Shown here: positions 60,961 to 64,000 of the stretch, piece by piece | How the letters are laid out: the number at the start of each line of letters is the position of its first letter | Numbering within the stretch: the first letter of the stretch is position 1 | NCBI RefSeq assembly: GCF_009914755.1 | Contig: NC_060934.1 | Reading direction: 5' to 3' (one strand) | DNA from: the human T2T-CHM13v2.0 reference genome, Homo sapiens | DNA: 64,000 nucleotides | Translations under genes and position numbers: made by a program | Notes under the pieces: model-generated | Told to the model about the DNA's origin: nothing | Databases searched by the model: none | What the model saw: only the letters and a program-made list of their open reading frames with translations

Positions 60961-63399
60961 CAAAAAAAATTTTTAACGATATCATCTTATCTGGTTTAGG
61001 AAGTTTACATTTTCTTTATCTGGTGATCTTCTAGTCAAAGGACAACCCAGTCAAATCTAACATCTCAATATCTTGAATTCACCTCCATCTCCTTTATAAA
61101 GACAGATCATTTATTCATGGTAACTGTGGCTGAAGTAGAAATATCCACAGTAATTATACCACTCCTTTACCCACTTACTCTTTTAAACAACATAGTACTG
61201 TATTCTAGAAAGAGATACAAAAATATAGTTAATTTACATGAATCATCTCCCAATTTTACTTAAAAATATTTCTGGTTCCTTTATTACCAAATGAAGCCCA
61301 TTCTACCTTCAGTAATATGCTGTATAACAAATACACATTTTAACCTAACAGCTTAAATTTTAAGATATTTCCCTGTTTAAAAAAAAAATCAGTTCAACAA
61401 CTTAATTACTTATTGACTTGCTAAGACAAATGAAGATTTGTATTTTACACACATAAGGAATGTTTATAAAGCTTCTTTTCTTTTCTGGCCTATGAAATTC
61501 TGTATGTCCATACATGGTCAAATACAAAGAAGTCAGCGACATATGGAAGAGATCCAGAAAACATAACTGCAAACTAGTGCCATTCACAGGATCCAACTGG
61601 ACCCTATCATCTGCTTTTACAAGTATCCTCATGGGATCCATGGAAAACAAATTAGTTCAAGTCTAAGAATTTCAGACTTTCCCTAACAAATCTATTCCAA
61701 ATGGCCACTTTCCCATGCACTTTCCTTAAGCAGGCCACATCAACATCTTTTATGGCATCACTCAGGGTTCTCTAAGATTAGCTGCATAATTTAATAACAA
61801 AAAAATGAATCAAGAACATTTTCAAATGTTTTTCCCTGAAAAATAAATAAACTAAAACTATCATCTATGAATCATCTATGTATAATTCATCTATTGAGAC
61901 CTCTTTTGGCATCCGAGATTCCAGAAACCAAAGGTACTCATTTTCTAATACTGAGTGTATACAGTATACAAGAGTATTAGTATACTGAGTTTTCAGTTTT
62001 ACAATCTGAGGAAAAAAAGTCAAACAATGTTGATTATACAGCTTCATATACACTAACCTTTTCTAACTTAATGTTTACATGCCATTTATTAAGGTAAATT
62101 AAGAAGTTATTTAATTAAGCATATAACATTTTGAAGAGAGGGTTAAAATTTTCTGTCAAGAACTTACCTCTACCTACACTTGCTCAAGAGGTAGCATTAC
62201 AGCCAAAACTCTGAAGACATTGGAATGGCCTGAGATACTCCACTTAGCTCAAACACAAAAACTATCTATTTCCCTTATTTATTGGCTCAAAAGACAAATA
62301 TCATCTTAAATGTTTCATGGTGTTCCACAAGAAAATGAAAGAGGAAGTAACCAATAGTAGAACAGTTATGCCTGAAGAATACTTCCTTCTCATGAAGACC
62401 CAGGACTACTTTACTAAGAAGAAAGTTGATCCCAAAACTCTAATTTGGCTTTCTATTCTGAACCTCTCCACTCCTCATATCCCTGTCTCCTTATTGAGAC
62501 CTCAAATCCCTTGCCCCTCTCATTTTCTATTAGCAACCTCCTTCCCAAAACCTTTATTTCTTTCCCTTTCCAACTCAATTCCCATTCTGGATTAACCCAT
62601 CTTTCTATTCCTATACCATAAAATTCATGACCTTCAACCTCAAAAAGAATTTCTCTGCTAATATTCCTCTTATGTGCTCCTTAGTCTCATGCCTCTCCCA
62701 TTCCCTAATAGGCTCTTCCCAAGCCCGTGCCTGTCACAATGCTCAGTGAAGTACCTCACATCACCACTTAAAAATGAGACCATTCCCAGTCTGTCTGAAT
62801 CAGCACTGTACCTTCCATGGTACAGTGTGTGTGAAATTTATCTTTTTCCTAAAGCTAATTTCTCAATCTATTCTAGGGAACTGATTAATTTCCATTTTAG
62901 ATTCATCTTGACAACCGTTTACACTATTTCCCCTATATCTTCAAGACTACTGGGCTTGGTAAGGAGCCAGCCAACTATTAAAAAGATTACATTCTCATTT
63001 TCTAACTATATTCAGGCTTCTTGAATGACTCTGACCCTGTCCGTAATATGGCATGTTCTTTCCTAACTGGGCACAAGAGTTTAGATTATCTTCAGCTAGT
63101 TTTCAGTATATAAAGGAATACACCTCCATGGTTCAATCAGGAAAGAGGACTTCTACAGGATTCTACTAAGGATCAATCTGGTTCTCAAATGTTACAGGTC
63201 TTCTTTTTGGCACAGAAAAGATATTTAACAGTGGTGCACAGGCCTGTCTTAAAAATCCTACTAGAGATATTCTCACCTCCATTACCCCTTTGTTTTCAAG
63301 ATAAAGAGAGTTTCCGGGAAGATATTCACAACAGAAGAGGATATTTTTGAAGTGTTACTTTAAAGGAAGGTAAAATGGGTTTAGGCAACTTATTTTGAA

Positions 63400-64000
63400 G
63401 CTAAGCCAATGTAAGAATTCTAAAATAAATTGAGGGCATGTCACATCTTTAACAGATGCTCACCTGGGGAGAAAATGTCTGCAATATCTAAAATGTAGGG
63501 GATTATTAGATTTTTCAAACTCTTATAAATCAGCAAGAAAATGACAGAAAATATTAAGATTACCAAAAGACTTTAATGAAATCTGAACAGTTATTGAGTA
63601 CAAAAGACATGTTCAACCTCACTAGAAATCAAATAAACTCAAATACCTTTATATCTTTATGCACACACAACAGCAATGAGTGCCTAAGTCTACTAAGACA
63701 TGCACAAGAATGTTCCCGTTAGTAAAAAACTGAAAACCCAAAGGCTTATCTACAATAAATAATAAAGGATATACTGATACATTCACACAATGGAGTATTA
63801 TACGACGATGAAAAAAACAACTACATCCAACATGAGTAAATAATACAGACAGAATCTTCACTGAAAGAAAACAGATACAAAAAAGTATACGTATATAACG
63901 TTCAAGAACAGGCAAATTTATGGAGAAGGCATTCAGTAAGGTGTTTATCTTTGGGGGTTGTAATACTGAATGCGAGTGAGCACATGGAAGAAACTAGGGT
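63400..64000 (+). mobile_element. Old L1M 3' fragment
   Basis: ATGTTCAACCTCACTAG, ATATTCACACAATGGAGTATTATAC. Confidence 0.65.

Overview
Human (hominid) genomic DNA, Alu/L1-rich, with no intact protein-coding gene. The window is a mosaic of duplicated gene segments. On the + strand (~22.4-44.5 kb) is a complete 9-exon, intron-containing copy of HSD17B7 (3-ketosteroid reductase) with its CpG-island promoter. It carries a +1 frameshift in exon 5, an Asn142Asp change and a GC donor at exon 6, which fits the unprocessed pseudogene HSD17B7P2 (10p11). Convergent on the - strand are two SEPTIN7 exons (59106-59006 and 58111-57977) with no later SEPTIN7 exons found, consistent with the neighbouring partial duplicate SEPTIN7P9. 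The rest is mostly retroelements (a 4.4-kb L1PA with TSDs, nested ERV LTRs upstream of the promoter, about 15 Alus), microsatellites and several hairpins or tandem duplications. I see no demonstrable new biological system. The best leads are splice routes that could give these pseudogenes NMD-resistant products, a ~145-bp hairpin, and some clear retrotransposition and duplication fossils. Gene names and parent-protein comparisons come from my recall of the parent proteins, not from a database search. Repeat subfamily calls are by eye.
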